Assembly (NCBI GenBank): GCA_037130655.1
Contig: JBAXSP010000001.1
Location: 37,641 to 101,640, forward strand
Reading direction: 5' to 3'
From: a bacterium
Lineage (GTDB): Bacteria > Patescibacteriota > Minisyncoccia > Phycocordibacterales > UBA9973
Length of the DNA stretch: 64,000 nucleotides
Under the pieces are notes generated by a model. That model worked only from the letters and a program-made list of their open reading frames with translations. It had not been told where the DNA came from and made no database searches. A program made the translations under genes and the position numbers. Shown piece by piece: positions 29,608 to 39,652 of this stretch; within the stretch, counting starts at the first letter, position 1; each line of letters begins with the position of its first letter.

Positions 29608-29723
29608 AATAACATTATTTTAATTTATTGTCAAAAAATTGATTTTAAAAGTCTTTTTTACTATTTATAGATATCTTATACTTTACATGTTAAAGTAATT
29701 AAGGAAAATTAAATGTACAAAAA

Positions 29724-30104
29724 ATGAAAGATACAAAAGCATCGTTGCGACGCTTTGCAAGAAATGTATTTTACTTCCACTTAGGCTGGATTCTAATGGT
29801 ATTCATTGGAACATTGGTGGAAACATTCTATCGTCCGTATGCCCATGTCCAAATTTGGATTATCATTGGTACTGCATTATTCCAACTGTTGGGACAAGGT
29901 CATTGCCCACTGACATATCTAGAAAACTCACTACTAGAAAAATCAGCTCCTGAGAAAGTCTATTGGGATCAAAAAACACACGAAGCATCTTTTGTTCGGT
30001 ACTGTCTAAAGAAATTTTTAGGCATTAGCGCACCCAAAGGAACCACGACCATTTCACTAATTGTGATATTAATTATCAGTACTTTAATTCTTTTATTTGA
30101 ATAA
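29724..30104 (+). CDS. DUF2784-like membrane protein
   Basis: FH..W, CPLTYLEN, SFVRY motifs. Confidence 0.75.
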   Translation: MKDTKASLRRFARNVFYFHLGWILMVFIGTLVETFYRPYAHVQIWIIIGTALFQLLGQGHCPLTYLENSLLEKSAPEKVYWDQKTHEASFVRYCLKKFLGISAPKGTTTISLIVILIISTLILLFE

Positions 30105-30231
30105 CAATCTAAAAAAGATGCTTACGCATCTTTTTTTTATTTCCTAAATTTTAAACTCAATTGCTTCGGAAATTGGTTTGTGGCCAATTTCCGACATCTC
30201 CGAATTCAAAATATAAATAAGTTTTACTTAT

Positions 30232-31341
30232 TTATATTTTGAATTCTACGACGTCGCCGTCTTTGACGATGTATTCCTTCCCTTCAGTTCGTACTAATCC
30301 TTTCGAACGAGCTTCCCCCATAGAACCTGCATCAAGCAAGTCTTTCCAAAAAACTACTTCTGCACGAATGAATTTATCTTTGAAATCTGTATGAATCGCC
30401 ATACCCGCAACTGGAGCAGTGCTTCCCTTTTTGATTGTCCATGCACGAGTTTCTTCTACACCAGTAGTGAAGTATGTTTCAAGTCCGAGCAATTTGTAAC
30501 AGCCACCAATCAAATCATTGATACCGTCATGTTCGCCACCCATTTCTTTGCGGAACATATCTTTTTCTTCACCTTCGAAATCTTTCAATTCATCTTCGAT
30601 TTTTGCATCAATCAAAATAAATTGTGAACCATCTTTCAAAATTTGTTCAGTCAATTGTTTGAAATATTCAGGTTTTTCTTCATCAAGATTTTTGACACCA
30701 GCTTTTTTATTGAGCCCGTAAATCATTGGCTTACTCGTAAGCAAGTTCAACATTTTTACTTTTTTCAATTCTTCTTCAGTATATGAAATACTGTTTGCCA
30801 ATTTTCCCTCTTCCAATACTTTTTCTACTCGTTTCAAAAGCACTTCTTCAAACAACGCTTCTTTGTCGCCTTTCTTTGTATCTTTTTGTAGATTGTTAAT
30901 CCGCTTCGTCACTGTTTCAAAATCTGCCAAAATAAGTTCAAGATTGATTACTCCGATATCACGAAGAGGATCAACATTGCCATACACATGGGCAATTTCT
31001 TTATCACCACCAGAGAGTGGAAATAGTCGGACCATATGGAGTATTGCGTCAGTCTCACGAATGTTTGCAAGGAATTTGTTTCCAAGTCCTTCACCCTTAC
31101 TTGCACCTTCAACCAGACCAGCAATATCAACGAATTCGATAGCGGCTGGAATCGTACGATTTGTTTTTGAAAAGTCTGCCAATTTGTAGAGACGGTCATC
31201 AGGCACCGCAACAATACCAACTGATGGATCAATCGTACAAAATGGATAATTTTCTGCAGGCACCCCCTTTTTGGTCAACGCATTAAAAAGCGTCGATTTG
31301 CCGACGTTTGGGAGACCAACAATTCCGATAGATAAACTCAT
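30232..31341 (-). CDS. ychF: Redox-regulated ATPase YchF
   Basis: GIVGLPNVGKSTLFNALT, NYPFCTIDP, DIAGLV, EGKEYIVKDGD. Confidence 0.97.
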   Translation of the reverse strand: MSLSIGIVGLPNVGKSTLFNALTKKGVPAENYPFCTIDPSVGIVAVPDDRLYKLADFSKTNRTIPAAIEFVDIAGLVEGASKGEGLGNKFLANIRETDAILHMVRLFPLSGGDKEIAHVYGNVDPLRDIGVINLELILADFETVTKRINNLQKDTKKGDKEALFEEVLLKRVEKVLEEGKLANSISYTEEELKKVKMLNLLTSKPMIYGLNKKAGVKNLDEEKPEYFKQLTEQILKDGSQFILIDAKIEDELKDFEGEEKDMFRKEMGGEHDGINDLIGGCYKLLGLETYFTTGVEETRAWTIKKGSTAPVAGMAIHTDFKDKFIRAEVVFWKDLLDAGSMGEARSKGLVRTEGKEYIVKDGDVVEFKI

Positions 31342-31393
31342 ATAAATACAACTATAACAAAAAATCACCGTTCTGGGAACGGTGATTTTTTGT

Positions 31394-31699
31394 TTACTTA
31401 TTCATCATTACTTGCATGATCGGAGCAAGGACATCTTTGTGTTTAGCAATTTCTGCTTTGTATTTTCCTGCTACCAGCATTCCGGCATACATTTCATTCA
31501 TTCCTTCTTTCTTTTTTTCCTCCACTTCTTTTTGAATCTTTTCAAACAATTCTTTAACTTCTTTGTTTGAGTCCAATGCTTTCAAGGCATTGACCATTTC
31601 TGGATTAGATTCCAATTGTTCTGCAATACGTTCAGCATCTTCTTTCGAAGACCCTTTCATTCGCAATGCACTTTTCATTAAAAATTTCTTCATTCCCAT
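31394..31699 (-). CDS. Hypothetical protein
   Basis: 101-aa helical ORF with host-like composition. Confidence 0.7.
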   Translation of the reverse strand: MGMKKFLMKSALRMKGSSKEDAERIAEQLESNPEMVNALKALDSNKEVKELFEKIQKEVEEKKKEGMNEMYAGMLVAGKYKAEIAKHKDVLAPIMQVMMNK

Positions 31700-31773
31700 A
31701 TGACGATTGTAGCAAAAATAAACACCCTATTCAACAGTATAAATATACCAAAATACCTGATATACTAACCAGT

Positions 31774-32457
31774 ATGGAAGAAGCAAAATTTGAAATAATC
31801 AAAAGATACGTTGAATCGAAAGAAGAAAAAGCCCTTAACGAGTGTTTGGAGCGACTAATTGAACGATCTGAAAGTATTGGTCTTGGTGGTAATGCAGAAG
31901 TGTTTGGTCTTAATGATCCTCACTTTGGGGAACTTTGCGTCAAAAAAATCCACAAAATACCTCAGATGAGATGTAATGACGAAGAAACTGAATTTGAATA
32001 TCAAGAAGAAATTGGAGAGCTTGGTGTCCGAGTACCAGCACTTATTGCTTATATTCAAAATGAAGAAACGAAAGATAAGTACATTATTATGGAACGCATT
32101 ATGGGGCCTTCTTTTGAAGACATTATCGAAAGAAATGTTGCACTACCCGAAAACTATAATCACACGGCGTTTTGGAAAGAACTCAACCGACAACTGAAAT
32201 TAATGCACGATGCAAATATCTATCACAGAGACCTTCATAAAGGTAACATTATGATAGACAAAGATGGCGGTCCTGCAATTATTGACTTTGGTACAGCTGG
32301 AAGATCTTGGGGTTCTGAAGAAAACCCGTATAAAGACGCTGTCCCTATGTTAAACAGTAAAACAGGTCGATATGATATGGCTTCTGGTTATTTTCAACGA
32401 GATGAAAGTAAGGCCGAATGGATACGAGGTGAAATAGCCAAAAAGTTGCAAAATTAA
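31774..32457 (+). CDS. Ser/Thr protein kinase-like (RIO/Bud32-type) protein
   Basis: IGLGGNAEV, VKK, HRDLHKGNI, IIDFG. Confidence 0.85.
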   Translation: MEEAKFEIIKRYVESKEEKALNECLERLIERSESIGLGGNAEVFGLNDPHFGELCVKKIHKIPQMRCNDEETEFEYQEEIGELGVRVPALIAYIQNEETKDKYIIMERIMGPSFEDIIERNVALPENYNHTAFWKELNRQLKLMHDANIYHRDLHKGNIMIDKDGGPAIIDFGTAGRSWGSEENPYKDAVPMLNSKTGRYDMASGYFQRDESKAEWIRGEIAKKLQN

Positions 32458-32498
32458 TTATATATGTTATAATTTAGAAAATTAATTAGTTCCCTATT

Positions 32499-32711
32499 AT
32501 GTCTATAAAAACAAGTAACGTTTTCAAGAAAAGCGTAGAGAAAAAAGCAAAAGAAATGATTGAGCAAGATATAACTTCTGCGGAACTAGGAATAGCTCCT
32601 TTTACGAAGTTACTCATATCTATCAACATAAAACCTGAAATAGTTTTTATGGAATTCACTTTTGATGATATTCCTGGCAAAACAATCTATATCGAAGGTC
32701 CTTCTGCTTAA
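32499..32711 (+). CDS. Small hypothetical protein
   Basis: 70-aa ORF downstream of TTGCAA-N17-TATAAT. Confidence 0.5.
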   Translation: MSIKTSNVFKKSVEKKAKEMIEQDITSAELGIAPFTKLLISINIKPEIVFMEFTFDDIPGKTIYIEGPSA

Positions 32712-32732
32712 TAAAATAACCACCATTGGTGG

Positions 32733-33503
32733 TTATTTTTTTAATTCAACACACATAAACATCGGAAATTCCTTACGAGCAACGTCTTCTGCAGATTTCC
32801 GTGGACCAATTCCACTTTCTTTGTGAGAAATCCATTCTTCAAGACCGACAACTGAAAGTCCGGTCTTTTTGAATAATTTGAAATACCATTGCAGTGGTCG
32901 GTGATACGACGTTGTGGTAATTTTCTTAGCTGTTTTTTGTCCAGGATGAGCATCAATCGCGTACGCAACCTCTTTCATATACAAATCAGTTCTTCGGTAT
33001 TGCACTTTTTTTGCTTCGTCATATCCCCAGTCACTATCTTTTGGAATACGGAAACATGGATGCATCAGTACGATATGCAAACTACCACCATCTATCAATA
33101 CACGTTTTGCTTCAGTGAGCACACCGAGCACGTTATCCATATTTTCAAGTGCAAGTACGATTACCGCTTTATCTTGTGATAAATCTGTCACACCCGACAT
33201 TTTGTCAGCACTGTGAATCAAATACTTGATATCTGTAGACTTTTCTTTTGCAGTAGCAATGAGCGATTTTGAACTATCAATACCAACAACTTGTGCGCCA
33301 CTGAGTGCAAACAATCGACTAAAATATCCTTGCCCACAAGCAATATCAACAATTCTATCTCCTTTCTTGGGACTCAAAAGGCGAATCAAGTTCGGAGCAA
33401 TAACTTTTGCTTGCAAAGTGTCTTCACTTTTTTCTAGATAATCATCGTACCAAGTAGAAACCTTTTCCCATGAAGTATCTTTTTTGTAATTTTTATTAGT
33501 CAT
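32733..33503 (-). CDS. Class I SAM-dependent methyltransferase
   Basis: VDIACGQG motif I, GIDSS, HPCF, YHRPL. Confidence 0.9.
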   Translation of the reverse strand: MTNKNYKKDTSWEKVSTWYDDYLEKSEDTLQAKVIAPNLIRLLSPKKGDRIVDIACGQGYFSRLFALSGAQVVGIDSSKSLIATAKEKSTDIKYLIHSADKMSGVTDLSQDKAVIVLALENMDNVLGVLTEAKRVLIDGGSLHIVLMHPCFRIPKDSDWGYDEAKKVQYRRTDLYMKEVAYAIDAHPGQKTAKKITTTSYHRPLQWYFKLFKKTGLSVVGLEEWISHKESGIGPRKSAEDVARKEFPMFMCVELKK

Positions 33504-33523
33504 TGGTCATTAGTAATTAGTCA
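33496..33523 (-). repeat. Heptamer array TGACYAA-like x4 forming the whole intergenic gap
   Basis: Minus strand: TAA(stop) TGACTAA TTACTAA TGACCAA TGACTAA; the junction of the last two units supplies the next ATG. Confidence 0.88.
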
Positions 33524-34750
33524 TTACTTATTATATTCTTTCAAATTATTTTCCTTTCGATACTTGCGTCCATCTAACCAAAGCCCTATAACCTTACCAA
33601 ATGGCATCCAGCCAGCAAAAAACTTCAAATCGATAACATGTCTCATAAAATATGCAAAACGTCCGTACAGCTTAAATTTGCCCATAGAAAAGACCGCCCA
33701 ATTATCTCCGATTGGAATCGCATATCCAACAGACTGTGCCTTGTATTCTTTGTATGACTTATTGCGAAGTGAATTATTGATCACAGTTGCAACATATGTA
33801 CCATCAAACATCGCTGTTTGTGCGAGTCCTGTGTATTGTGTCTGAGCACAGTCACCAACAATAAAGATTTCTCGGTGCGCCGGCACCCGAAGATATTCAT
33901 CAACAACAACTCTTCTTCGTGGAGAAAGTTCGACACCCGACATACTACTTGCCAATGAATTTATTTTTGTCCCCGCAGTCCAAATGACTGTCTTTGCTTT
34001 CATTGACATATCTCTAAGATAGACTTGCTCAACATCTTCTTTCATCAAGGTACGATTCAAGAAAATATTCACCCCCATACTTTGTAATTTCTTCAATACT
34101 TTTGCAGAAACATCAGCTGGTAATGATGGTAATACTTTTCCGGCCCCTTCAATCAAATCAACGGTCACCAGTGACGGGTCAACTTTCATTTTTCGAGCAA
34201 TACGCTTCATGAATGACACAATGTCACCTGCAATTTCAACTCCTGACGGACCAGCACCAACAATAACGACATGGTAATGCGACACACGTTCTTCTTCACT
34301 TGGATGCATATGTTCTTCAAACAATCCATAAATATGATTTTTGATTCGAAGTGCATCATTGGTTGATTTGAAAGAAAACGCCAACTCAGACACACCAGGA
34401 ATATCAAAATAGTTTGCTTCACTGCCGAGTGCAAAAACCAAATTGTCATAGTGATACACAATACCGTCTTGCCCGTGAACCTCTTTGTTTTCTGGAACGA
34501 TTTTTGTCACCACATCTTTCATTATTTTTACCCGCTCTGGAAGGACATCTTCAAGGGGTACACAAACCTCAATCGGAGAAGCGCAAGTCACCACACGATA
34601 AAGCGCTGGGTAATACTCAAAGTATGATTTATTTGAAATAAGAATAATTTCTGCAAAACTAGGTGCCTTTTTCGCCAGTTCTCGAGCACAAGAAATACCA
34701 GCGAATCCCCCACCAATAATGACAATTTTATGTTTTTTCTCTGAATTCAT
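33524..34750 (-). CDS. ndh: Type II NADH dehydrogenase family FAD oxidoreductase
   Basis: IIGGGFAG, VGAGPSGVEIAG, IWTAG, VGDCA, AQTA. Confidence 0.88.
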   Translation of the reverse strand: MNSEKKHKIVIIGGGFAGISCARELAKKAPSFAEIILISNKSYFEYYPALYRVVTCASPIEVCVPLEDVLPERVKIMKDVVTKIVPENKEVHGQDGIVYHYDNLVFALGSEANYFDIPGVSELAFSFKSTNDALRIKNHIYGLFEEHMHPSEEERVSHYHVVIVGAGPSGVEIAGDIVSFMKRIARKMKVDPSLVTVDLIEGAGKVLPSLPADVSAKVLKKLQSMGVNIFLNRTLMKEDVEQVYLRDMSMKAKTVIWTAGTKINSLASSMSGVELSPRRRVVVDEYLRVPAHREIFIVGDCAQTQYTGLAQTAMFDGTYVATVINNSLRNKSYKEYKAQSVGYAIPIGDNWAVFSMGKFKLYGRFAYFMRHVIDLKFFAGWMPFGKVIGLWLDGRKYRKENNLKEYNK

Positions 34751-34831
34751 ATATTCATAATATCACTATTTGACGATATTCTATAGCAAAAACAAGGTAA
34801 AAACCGTATACTTTAAAGAGCGGTATTTCCC

Positions 34832-34859
34832 TGTAATATATGGGATTCATATACGTCTA
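34832..34859 (+). promoter_or_regulatory. ECF-type autoregulatory promoter
   Basis: TGTAAT-N16-CGTCTA immediately before the ECF sigma start codon. Confidence 0.6.
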
Positions 34860-34865
34860 TAATTG

Positions 34866-35384
34866 ATGAATAGCGAAGATTCCACAAACCAAGAAAAAGC
34901 CTTCCTCGATTGCTATGAAAAGTATAGTGATGCTATTTTTCGCTTCTGTTATTACAAAACTGGCGACCGTGAACTATCGCTCGACCTGACCCAAGAAACC
35001 TTTATTAAAACCTGGGAATATATCAGATCGGGCAAAAGTGTTGGAAACCTCCGTGCCTTTTTATACAAAATAGCCGGTAATGCGGTAATCGACTTTTATC
35101 GAAAGAAAAAAGCATTATCACTCGACCAGCTCGGAGAAGTAGGTTTCGACCCCACAGATACTCACTATACAGACAAAACAACACACCAACGAGAGGTAGA
35201 AGAGGTCAAGAAAGTTATCGACACTCTTGATCCAAAATATAGAGATGTGTTGTATTTCAAACTAATCGAAGAATTATCAATTAGTGAGATAGCGGATTCA
35301 ATAGGAATAAGCGAAAACGCCACGTCAGTACGAATCCACCGAGGTATCAAATTATTACAAGACAAACTCAATTATGAAAATTAA
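34866..35384 (+). CDS. ECF RNA polymerase sigma factor
   Basis: DLTQETFIKTW, FLYKIAGNAVIDFYRK, region 4 SISEIA...VRIHRG. Confidence 0.93.
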   Translation: MNSEDSTNQEKAFLDCYEKYSDAIFRFCYYKTGDRELSLDLTQETFIKTWEYIRSGKSVGNLRAFLYKIAGNAVIDFYRKKKALSLDQLGEVGFDPTDTHYTDKTTHQREVEEVKKVIDTLDPKYRDVLYFKLIEELSISEIADSIGISENATSVRIHRGIKLLQDKLNYEN

Positions 35385-36189
35385 CAATTCACAATGGAAA
35401 AATGTTCGAATGAGCGATTCAGAAAAATCGCTTATTCGTGCACGTCTTGTACAATCTCTCCACACTGCACCAGTCCTTTCTCCTTATCACCCACGTCACA
35501 TCTTTTCTTCTTTTGGAATGGTTGGCAAAGCGGTAGTCGCCTTTTCTTTCATTTTTGTACTTGTTGGCGGTGGTTCTATTGCAAACAACGCACTTCCTGG
35601 TGACATACTCTACCCATTCAAAGTTGGAGTAATCGAAGAAATCAAATCATCAACTTATCGCACTCCTGCCCAAAAGATTGTTTGGCAAAAAACTCGTGTA
35701 GAAAACCGCCTCAAAGAGCTCGAAACATTGAGTACCAACGGAGATCTCACCCCTGAAAACAAAATCTTGGTTGAAAATCAAATCAACACACAACTGACAA
35801 CATTGAATGAGCAGATGACTGTTGCCAAGGCAAACCCGACACAAGAATCAAAAGATGCTGTTATTGAAGTAGCTAAACTTGAACAAACAATCGAGGATCA
35901 CAAGGAAGTCCTTTCGACACTCACGACAAACGTAGAACCAGCGATTGAAACACCAACAACACTTACAGCAATTGCAAGTTCAACAGAAATAATCAAGAAG
36001 GAAGTCGTAGAAACACCTATACTCAAGCTTTCAAGTACCCTTCAACAAATAACCAATACAATTGAACAAGCAAAAACGACAGCCGAAGAGATAGACAGTG
36101 TTATCAACGGAGCACCTGCTCACGACATTGTTTCTCCAGAAGATTTTTCTCAAGCCGTTACAACAACAGCTACTACAACAAAGAAATAA
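35374..36189 (+). CDS. Putative anti-sigma factor (DUF5667-like)
   Basis: Overlaps the sigma gene; TM helix then ALPGDILYPFK. Confidence 0.75.
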   Translation: MKINNSQWKNVRMSDSEKSLIRARLVQSLHTAPVLSPYHPRHIFSSFGMVGKAVVAFSFIFVLVGGGSIANNALPGDILYPFKVGVIEEIKSSTYRTPAQKIVWQKTRVENRLKELETLSTNGDLTPENKILVENQINTQLTTLNEQMTVAKANPTQESKDAVIEVAKLEQTIEDHKEVLSTLTTNVEPAIETPTTLTAIASSTEIIKKEVVETPILKLSSTLQQITNTIEQAKTTAEEIDSVINGAPAHDIVSPEDFSQAVTTTATTTKK

Positions 36190-36192
36190 AAA

Positions 36193-37578
36193 TCATTCAT
36201 CTATCAAAGAAAACTCATCAACAGATGGGTTTTCTTTTTTCTTGGAATACATTACAAAAGCACCGACAAAAACAAAAACTACTAAGGCGAGTATGATTAA
36301 CCATGAAGGAATTGTGGTACCAGCATCAGAAGCATTGGCACCAAGCGAATCGGTATCAATAGCATTCAAATCAATACTATTATTATCAATAACACTTGCC
36401 CGTTGAATAGATTTACTACTATGATCTTCAACAACATAAGTATTCGCACTTACTTCAGCTATTTGTGGTACTTCAATCGGCGCAATTGAGGCCAATAAAA
36501 CACCTTCTCGTGATACTAATAATGGTGATACAAAAGAAAATCCAGTAACTGTTTGTGTTATTGGTATTTCAGCTTTTGAAACAATTTTCATTCCGAATGG
36601 AAAAACAAAGATATTATCATTGTCGACAATCTTACTTTGTGACAAATCAACGTCATCTTCACCGGTATTTTTAATAAGCAACACATTATTGTCTTTGGTT
36701 ATCGAAAGGGTGTTTTTTGATACCGTAATCGTACTTGATCCGATATATGTTGGTTCTGGTTGATATTGCGATACAAAATAAGACAGCGAGACATTATACA
36801 CACCAGCTCGTTCATAATGATATGCCAACTTATCAAGATAATTTGTTGTAAAAGATTTTCCATCCCCCATACTCCATACAAAATATCCAGTCGTAATATT
36901 TTCACTCCACGAACCAAACACTTTGGCTGACAATTTGATTGGCAAATTAACACTGATTGATTTTGGTACGGAAATCAAAACAACTTCTTTTGGTAACACC
37001 GGTTCTTTTTTCACCGCAACACTCGTGTTTGGAGCAACCAAACCACCACCAGTATTGGTAGTCGTAGTGTTTGTTGTTATTGATGATGATTGACTGGTGC
37101 CACCAGCTTTTGGTGTAGCACTTGCGGTGATCCATACACCACCACTTTTCTGCATTGTATCTTTGGTACTAACATCACCAGCCGGCCAACCACTTGTATA
37201 GTTGAGTGATTCGATTGTATTACCGGCATCATTTTTCAAATACAGTGTTTCTCCAGCATTCGAAAGTCCGTGACCGAACGTTGCAATCAAATCAGCTGGC
37301 ACATTTGCAACAGAATCATCATCAGTTCGCTCAATCAAATAATATCCTTTTGCGGAAATAGTACCTGATAGATTGATAGAAATATTATTATCTTCAGAAA
37401 CAATTTTCCATCCATCCAAATTCTGACTTTGATCACCATCGTTAAACAATTCAATCCATTCATTGGTCGACGAGACCGTTGTACCCATCCAAGCTATCTC
37501 AGAGAAAAAGACAGTAGCCGAGACATTTTTTGTCATTAAAAGAAACAAAATAATGCTGTAGACTACCGCCTTTTTCAT
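36193..37578 (-). CDS. Lamin-tail domain / PKD surface protein
   Basis: Signal peptide, SEIAWMG..NEWIELFN, WSMGDG PKD motif, C-terminal TM. Confidence 0.85.
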   Translation of the reverse strand: MKKAVVYSIILFLLMTKNVSATVFFSEIAWMGTTVSSTNEWIELFNDGDQSQNLDGWKIVSEDNNISINLSGTISAKGYYLIERTDDDSVANVPADLIATFGHGLSNAGETLYLKNDAGNTIESLNYTSGWPAGDVSTKDTMQKSGGVWITASATPKAGGTSQSSSITTNTTTTNTGGGLVAPNTSVAVKKEPVLPKEVVLISVPKSISVNLPIKLSAKVFGSWSENITTGYFVWSMGDGKSFTTNYLDKLAYHYERAGVYNVSLSYFVSQYQPEPTYIGSSTITVSKNTLSITKDNNVLLIKNTGEDDVDLSQSKIVDNDNIFVFPFGMKIVSKAEIPITQTVTGFSFVSPLLVSREGVLLASIAPIEVPQIAEVSANTYVVEDHSSKSIQRASVIDNNSIDLNAIDTDSLGANASDAGTTIPSWLIILALVVFVFVGAFVMYSKKKENPSVDEFSLIDE

Positions 37579-37581
37579 ATG

Positions 37582-39567
37582 CTATTCATCCAAAAGTTTA
37601 CGGAGAACATCTTCTGGAACTTCTTTGTTTGTATCACTTTTTTGCGACTCTTTTTTCTCATCAGCAACATGAGGAGTTATCGGTCTTGCTGGAGCTGGAG
37701 CCGGTGCCGGTTTTGGAGCTTGCGATTTCGAAGCTTCCCCTTGTGCACTGTGCGAGACTTTCATCAATGCTTCTTTGAGTGAAGAAACTTTTTCAGCCGA
37801 AGCTGATTTGTCTTTTGTTAGTGATGAAAGTGAGAGTCCTTTTTTAGGTTCATCTTCTTTGTTGTTGATATTTCTTTCAAGCTCATCAACACCTTCTAAT
37901 TCACGAAGGATGTGGTGCATTTTTGAAGAAAAAGTATTTTTTTGAACAACAGGTTGCGGTGTTACTTCTTTTTGTATGACTTGTTCTGGTGCTCGATATG
38001 CTGTTTTTTTCTGTTCAAATACTTTCTTTTCAATTGTTTGCAGTACTTCTTTGACTGCTTGTTTTTCAGGTAAAATATTTTTGAAAGCTTCTTTAATTTT
38101 ATTTACCGGAGCAGGGAAGTTTGGTTTTTGGTTTTGAGTACCTGCATTTGTTGGTCCTTTTGTAGTGTAACTAGATGGGGAAGTCGGTTTAAATGAAGAC
38201 GATTGTTCTTTTGTATTCCCTGCTGGAGAAAATTTTTCTTTTTGAGAAAAATCGCCTTCTTTTTTACGTTCTGGAGCCTTTGTGGCTTCGAGAGAAATAC
38301 CAATTGCCTTTTCAACTTCTGCACGAGGTTTTGCGTACTGCTCTCTCGAACGTTCAATTACCCTATCCCTGTATGGTTGTGGCTCATTGACCGGCAAAAT
38401 AGTTCGAGCTGAAAACGGACGTGATTCTTGCCCATCAATCATCAAGCGAAGATATACTTGTGCGAAGCCCAGGTTCACCAAATCTTGATTCACAAACACT
38501 GGTGAGAATTGTTTTTCAAAAATATCAGCATCATCGGGGCCAATACGGAACGAAATCATCGTTCCAACGTTACCCAAAATAGCATCGCGAACTTCTTCAG
38601 TCATCTGTGCGACATATTGATTCGCAACAGTTAGTGCCAATTTGTATTTTCGAGATTCAGACAAAATTTGTGCAAATGCTTCGTTGGCAAAGTTTTGAAA
38701 TTCGTCCACATAGAAATAAAATGGCGCGGCTTTGTCCAATTGATCGCGACTCATTTCTGCGCGTTCCATCGCAGCCAAATAGATTTTGGTAATAATCGTA
38801 CCACCCAAAAGACTCATACTTTGCTCACCAATACGTCCTTTTGAAAGGTTAGCGATGAAGATTTTTTTCTTATCCATGATTTCTCGGAAATCGAACGATG
38901 ACGTTGGTTGTCCGATAATATTTCGAATAACTGGATTGGTAGTGAATTGTCCAATTTTGTTTTGAATCGCAGGTGTAGCTTCTTGAGCAAAACGGTCCGT
39001 ATATTTAGCAAATTCATCTACCCAAAAAGACTTCACCGCAGGGTCAGTGATGTGCGCGACAACTTGATTACGAAATTCTTTATCGGCAAACATTTTGTTG
39101 ATGAGCATCAACGTTGAACCCGGGTATTCGAGCAGTGCCAAAATCGTATTGTTCAGCATGTGTTCCATACGAGCAGAGAAAGAGTCTGGCCAAATCTTTT
39201 TGAAGGTACTCATGAGTCCTGATGCGACCAAGTGACGTTTGTCTGGGCCAATATTTTCCATGACATTGAAGGCGATTGGATATTCCAAATCAAACGGCGC
39301 AAAATACACCACATCATCAATACGGTGTGCAGGAATATATTCCAAAATTCGTTCCGCGAAAGAACCGTGAGGGTCAATAATTGCAAGCCCTTCGCCATTG
39401 TTCACGTCTTGGATTGCCAACGTTTCAAGGAGTGTTGATTTTCCAGTTCCAGTTTTTCCAATGATGTACGTGTGACGTGCACGATCTTTTTCTTTGATAC
39501 CAAAACGAACATTGCGATTGCGATGATCGGTTTCTCCAAAGTATGTGATGTGAGGATTTTCTGCCAT
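37582..39567 (-). CDS. TraG/VirD4-like (HerA/FtsK superfamily) ATPase
   Basis: HTYIIGKTGTGKS, IIDPHG, YVDEFQNF, ESRKY, ANQY; low-complexity C-terminal tail. Confidence 0.88.
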   Translation of the reverse strand: MAENPHITYFGETDHRNRNVRFGIKEKDRARHTYIIGKTGTGKSTLLETLAIQDVNNGEGLAIIDPHGSFAERILEYIPAHRIDDVVYFAPFDLEYPIAFNVMENIGPDKRHLVASGLMSTFKKIWPDSFSARMEHMLNNTILALLEYPGSTLMLINKMFADKEFRNQVVAHITDPAVKSFWVDEFAKYTDRFAQEATPAIQNKIGQFTTNPVIRNIIGQPTSSFDFREIMDKKKIFIANLSKGRIGEQSMSLLGGTIITKIYLAAMERAEMSRDQLDKAAPFYFYVDEFQNFANEAFAQILSESRKYKLALTVANQYVAQMTEEVRDAILGNVGTMISFRIGPDDADIFEKQFSPVFVNQDLVNLGFAQVYLRLMIDGQESRPFSARTILPVNEPQPYRDRVIERSREQYAKPRAEVEKAIGISLEATKAPERKKEGDFSQKEKFSPAGNTKEQSSSFKPTSPSSYTTKGPTNAGTQNQKPNFPAPVNKIKEAFKNILPEKQAVKEVLQTIEKKVFEQKKTAYRAPEQVIQKEVTPQPVVQKNTFSSKMHHILRELEGVDELERNINNKEDEPKKGLSLSSLTKDKSASAEKVSSLKEALMKVSHSAQGEASKSQAPKPAPAPAPARPITPHVADEKKESQKSDTNKEVPEDVLRKLLDE

Positions 39568-39587
39568 ATTGATTACAGTATAGCAAG

Positions 39588-39613
39588 AAGTATGAGGATA
39601 AAGTATGAGGATA
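39588..39613. repeat. 13-nt tandem duplication
   Basis: AAGTATGAGGATA x2, adjacent to the hairpin at 39617-39640. Confidence 0.7.
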
Positions 39614-39652
39614 AAAAACTCTCTATTAAAATAGAGAGTTACATTCGATTTA

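Noticed and set aside
30166-30194. Hairpin TCGGAAATTGG..CCAATTTCCGA after ychF as a novel element
   Set aside because: Single copy in the window and adequately explained as a 3' stem-loop.
37582-39567. Conjugative element suggested by the VirD4/TraG-like ATPase
   Set aside because: No relaxase, VirB genes or integrase adjacent; stand-alone copies are common in CPR chromosomes.
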